NCBI GenBank assembly: GCA_963666205.1
Contig: OY762654.1
Location: forward strand, 1,952,001 to 2,016,000
Length of the DNA stretch: 64,000 nucleotides
Direction: 5' to 3'
DNA from: Synergistales bacterium
GTDB taxonomy: Bacteria; Synergistota; Synergistia; Synergistales; JAFGMB01
Shown: positions 60,175-64,000 of the stretch, one piece after another
Numbering within the stretch: position 1 is the stretch's first letter
Layout: each line of letters starts with the position of its first letter
Notes under the pieces: generated by a model
What the model was told of the DNA's origin: nothing
What the model saw: the letters and a program-made list of their open reading frames with translations, nothing else
Database searches by the model: none
Translations under genes and position numbers: made by a program

Positions 60175-61666
60175 CCATGGATTATGTCATTGGTCTGGAT
60201 ATAGGAACTACAGGTGTAAAATGTGCAGCCATTGATAGATTTGGGAACCTTCTTTTCGAAGGATTAAGAACACATGATGCCATTAATCTTTTCCCCGGGT
60301 TTGCTGAAGGGGATCCTGACATATGGTGGGATGAAAGTCTCGAACTTCTCAGTGAAGTAGTAGCGACCCTGGGTAAGGAAGGGGTAAGTGGGATCGGTGT
60401 ATCTGGAATGGTCCCCACTCTGATCCTTATTGACAGCAATGGGAAAGCTATCAGGCCATCCATACAGATGAATGATTGCAGAGCAGTTCGCGAAATTGAG
60501 GAATTGAAAGATCTGATCGACGAGGATGAGTATTTTCAGCGATCAGGAAATATGATCAACCAGCAGGTTATTTTCCCCAAATATCTTTGGTTACAAAGAA
60601 ATGAACCTGAAAACCTGAGCAGGGCAAAATATATCATGGGCTCCTACAACTACATTACCTTCAAGCTCACCGGAGTTCCCGGTCTTGAACTGAACTGGGC
60701 TCTTGAGAGTGGGATGTGGTCCCTGCAGGATGATCAATGGATCCCTGAGATTCTTGACAGTGTCGGTTTTGAAGATTCCCTGTTATCTCCTGTTTACTCC
60801 CCCACGGATATTGTTGGAAGAGTGACCGGGGAGGTTTCGAATATTACGGGACTTCCAAAGGGAACTCCTGTAATTGCCGGTTCTGCCGACCATATTGCTT
60901 CAGCTCTTGCTGCCGGAATGAACAGGGTGGGGGATCTGCTCCTCAAATTTGGAGGGGGAGCGGATATACTTGTCGTTTCGGACAGGCCGGTCACTGATAA
61001 ACGGCTTTTCATCGATTACCACGATGTCCCGGGCATGTATATAGTGAACGGCTGTATGGCCTCAAGCGGTTCTGTTATTAAGTGGTTCTCTGAAGATATT
61101 TCTGGAACAGACTATTCTGTCCTGAGCAGAATGGCCGAGAAGTCCCCTCCGGGATCTAAAGGTCTTATTACTCTTCCATATTTTCTGGGAGAGAAGACCC
61201 CCATTTTCGATATCAGGGCCAGGGTACTATCCTGGGGTTGACCCTGTCCCACAACAAGGGGGATATTTTCAGGTCCCTCCTCGAATCTGTAGCATTCGGC
61301 TTCAGACATCATCTTGAAGTTATGGAAGAAATGGGAATAGTTCCGGGGAGAGTGTTCATGACGAACGGCGGTTCCAGGAATAAGCTATGGAGGTCGATAA
61401 CGGCGGACGTGGTCGGTCATGATGCGGTCTATCTTGAAAAACATACCGGTTCATCTCTGGGGGCGGCCTTCCTGGCGGGCATCGCTACAGGTGTTTATCA
61501 TTCGTGGGATCAGATCGGATCATTTATGCAGGATAAGGTTATTGTAAAAAGTGATCCGATGAATCATCGGCTTTATTCCAGGTATTTTCAGATCTATAAG
61601 GATCTTTATAGAAATAACAGGAAATCATTTTCTGATCTCTTTGAACTTGAAAACCAGATCTCCTGA
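60171..61666 (+). pseudogene. FGGY carbohydrate kinase (xylulokinase-like), split by a one-base frameshift
   Basis: LDIGTTGVK and LPYFLGEKTP in one frame, LESVAF...NGGS in the next; adding one G to the run at 61222-61224 restores ARGTILGLTLSH. Confidence 0.85.
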
Positions 61667-61717
61667 GTCAGCTATTACAGATCGGAATAGAAATAAGGCC
61701 TATCAATAGTGGCTTAT

Positions 61718-62686
61718 CTATTCGCGTGTTCGGATAAGGCGCTTGATCTTTTTGCTGATATCGGCATTTTCCAGGGATAGAACGATAACAGCTAAAAAGA
61801 TCAGAATTCCGCCCTTGAAGGCGTTAGCAGAGGGTATCTCGTTGAGAAATATCCATGACCAGAACATGGCGAAGGGTATCTCAGTCATTGAAACGATTGC
61901 TGCGACCCCTCCAGAAACGACCCGAAGAGAAAGCATCAGGATGGCGTATGCTCCCATGGCAGGGAATAGGGTTAGGTACAGAACGGATAACCAGGCTTGC
62001 CAATCCTTTATTAATATTCCCTTTATCTGCCCTGTGGCCATAACGCATATCCACAGACAGCCAGCTCCCCAAAGAAACATCTGGACGTAAGCCTTGAAGG
62101 GGTCAGTTTTTCCCATTACATGTCTGCCGTTAAGTACATAAACTGCATAACCCAGACCTGATCCCAATGCACCCATGAATCCCAGGATATTATATGGTTG
62201 AAGCCTGATCCCTCCAACGGCAACCCACACTCCCCATATTCCTATAATAAGGGCCAGTATCCTGAACCGGGTCACCTGTTCTTTCCAGAAGATCTTTCCA
62301 AGGACTATGACCCATAATGGTGCTGTATTGATAAGAAGGAATGTCAACCCTATGGGTATGCGGCCCATTGCAAAAGCAGAAGCGCTGGTGCAGACCGCTA
62401 CTCCGAAAAGCCCGCTTACAAGGCAGGGAATTCTTTCTTTTCTGTTTACCAGGAGAGCATCTTTGCGGCCCCTTGAAAGTGATACAGCCACCATGATCAG
62501 AGAAGCTAAGGTAGCTCTTAAAGTTGCAAGAACAAGGGGTGTCATGCCGTGGGAATAACTTGTTCTTACCGGAATTCCTGCAGATCCCCATATTGCTCCG
62601 GAAATTATCAGGGATAAAACTCCAATAACGTAACTTAAATCCCGATGTGAATAATTATCGGTGCCTGTTGAACTTCGTGTCATCAT
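61718..62686 (-). CDS. DMT/EamA family transporter
   Basis: Paralog of 53199-54179. Confidence 0.88.
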   Translation of the reverse strand: MMTRSSTGTDNYSHRDLSYVIGVLSLIISGAIWGSAGIPVRTSYSHGMTPLVLATLRATLASLIMVAVSLSRGRKDALLVNRKERIPCLVSGLFGVAVCTSASAFAMGRIPIGLTFLLINTAPLWVIVLGKIFWKEQVTRFRILALIIGIWGVWVAVGGIRLQPYNILGFMGALGSGLGYAVYVLNGRHVMGKTDPFKAYVQMFLWGAGCLWICVMATGQIKGILIKDWQAWLSVLYLTLFPAMGAYAILMLSLRVVSGGVAAIVSMTEIPFAMFWSWIFLNEIPSANAFKGGILIFLAVIVLSLENADISKKIKRLIRTRE

Positions 62687-63663
62687 TTGTATTTGCCCCT
62701 TGCTTTTATAAGATCTTGTAATGTTTTCTTCAGTGAGATGTTTTCCAGCGAAAGAAGAACAACTGAGCCAATTATAAGCATTCCGCCTGTGATAGCAGTG
62801 GGTAACGGTACCTCACCCAGGAATATCCATGTCAATAACATGGAGAAGGGTATCTCTGTCATGGATACTATCGCCGCCACTCCGCCCGGAATTACCCTCA
62901 ATGCCAGCATGAGAATGGCATAGCCTCCGATATCGGAGAAAAGGGTGATGTAGATAACTGACAGCCAGGCCACCCTATCCCTTATGAAAAGAAACCTTAT
63001 CTGCCCTGTCAGGATCGTTGCTATCCAGAGACAGAGAGCTCCCCAGAAAAACATCTGAATATAGGCTTTTAAAGGATCTTTTTTCCCCATTGCATGTTTG
63101 CCGTTAAGAACATAAACAGCGTATCCGAATCCTGCACCCATGGCTGCTGTTACTCCCCAGAGATTGTAAGACTGGAAACCAACTCCGCCTGCGGCTACCC
63201 AGATACCGAAGATGCCAACCATAAGGGATATCAGCTGGATCCTTGTAACTCTTTCTTTCCAGAAGATCCTTGCCAGTACAATGACCCAGAATGGTGCCGT
63301 GTTTATCAGAACAAAAGTAAGTCCGACAGGTATTCGCCCCATTGCCAGGGCTGCAGCTGTGTTGCAGACCGCCACTCCGAAAAACCCGCTTACCAGGCAT
63401 GGCAGTATCTCTTTTTTTTGAATAATGAACGCATCTTTTCGCCCTTTGCGGAATGTGAATATCCCCATGATAATTGAAGCAATTGTTGCTCTGAACAGGG
63501 CCAGGGTAAGAGGTGTCATTCCATGGGAATAACTTATTCTTACTGGAATTCCTCCTGATCCCCAGAGAGCACCGGATATTACAACAGCGCTAATACCTGT
63601 AACATAGCGAACCCCGGGGTATGAACGGTACATGTCCTTTAACGGCAATACTCTGAAATTCAT
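62683..63663 (-). CDS. DMT/EamA family transporter
   Basis: Third paralog; its stop overlaps the start of the next gene. Confidence 0.88.
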   Translation of the reverse strand: MNFRVLPLKDMYRSYPGVRYVTGISAVVISGALWGSGGIPVRISYSHGMTPLTLALFRATIASIIMGIFTFRKGRKDAFIIQKKEILPCLVSGFFGVAVCNTAAALAMGRIPVGLTFVLINTAPFWVIVLARIFWKERVTRIQLISLMVGIFGIWVAAGGVGFQSYNLWGVTAAMGAGFGYAVYVLNGKHAMGKKDPLKAYIQMFFWGALCLWIATILTGQIRFLFIRDRVAWLSVIYITLFSDIGGYAILMLALRVIPGGVAAIVSMTEIPFSMLLTWIFLGEVPLPTAITGGMLIIGSVVLLSLENISLKKTLQDLIKARGKYK

Positions 63664-63863
63664 GTGAAATATCCCTTTTTTAGTTATGAAAAGCCTGGAA
63701 GCTGCTGTTCCTGCTTAATATAACATTCTAAAGGATCATTCTTCTAATCTGTGGCGATAGATCTTTCAGAAAACGGGTTTTTAAGGTCATTAAAGATTAT
63801 GGAAATTTTATCTACGCTGACGTTATAATAGGATTGCTATCTAAAGCATAAGGAGGGGCGAAA

Positions 63864-64000
63864 ATGGAATCTGGACTCAAAAATAAAGTAGTCCTGGTCA
63901 TGGCTTCAAGTTCCGGGCTTGGTAAGGCCATCTCAAGGCAATTCATCCTGGAAGGGGCCAGGGTGATGATGGCAAGCCGGAGCTGGAAAAAACTGGAGAA
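63864..64000 (+). CDS. SDR oxidoreductase, 5' part (cut by the window edge)
   Basis: RBS aggagg; MESGLKNKVVLVMASSSGLGKAISRQFILEGARV Rossmann motif. Confidence 0.85.
   Translation, partial: MESGLKNKVVLVMASSSGLGKAISRQFILEGARVMMASRSWKKLE

Overview
A 64-kb chromosomal segment, very probably from a Synergistota (Synergistaceae-like) anaerobe: seven complete genes and one remnant end in a Synerg-CTERM-type sorting signal (GGC + hydrophobic helix + basic tail). Surface proteins include an S8 protease, a C1 protease and several beta-helix proteins. Other content: an ECF sigma/anti-sigma locus, a YeeE/YedE pair, a reduced trpC-trpB-trpA operon with a WWW leader-peptide attenuator, RND and MATE efflux systems, an ABC transporter, and amino-acid/sugar catabolic clusters. 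The best signals absent from the ORF track are a probable exported selenoprotein (in-frame UGA plus SECIS-like hairpin, 39789-40184), a c-di-GMP-II-like riboswitch upstream of the largest surface protein, and a degenerate integron attC site after a CPBP protease inside a duplicated array of CTERM genes. The most unusual annotated locus is a GntR-associated operon centred on a PurN-like formyltransferase fused to an ADP-forming acyl-CoA ligase. No rRNA, tRNA or CRISPR array was seen. All calls come from reading motifs by eye; no database searches were run.
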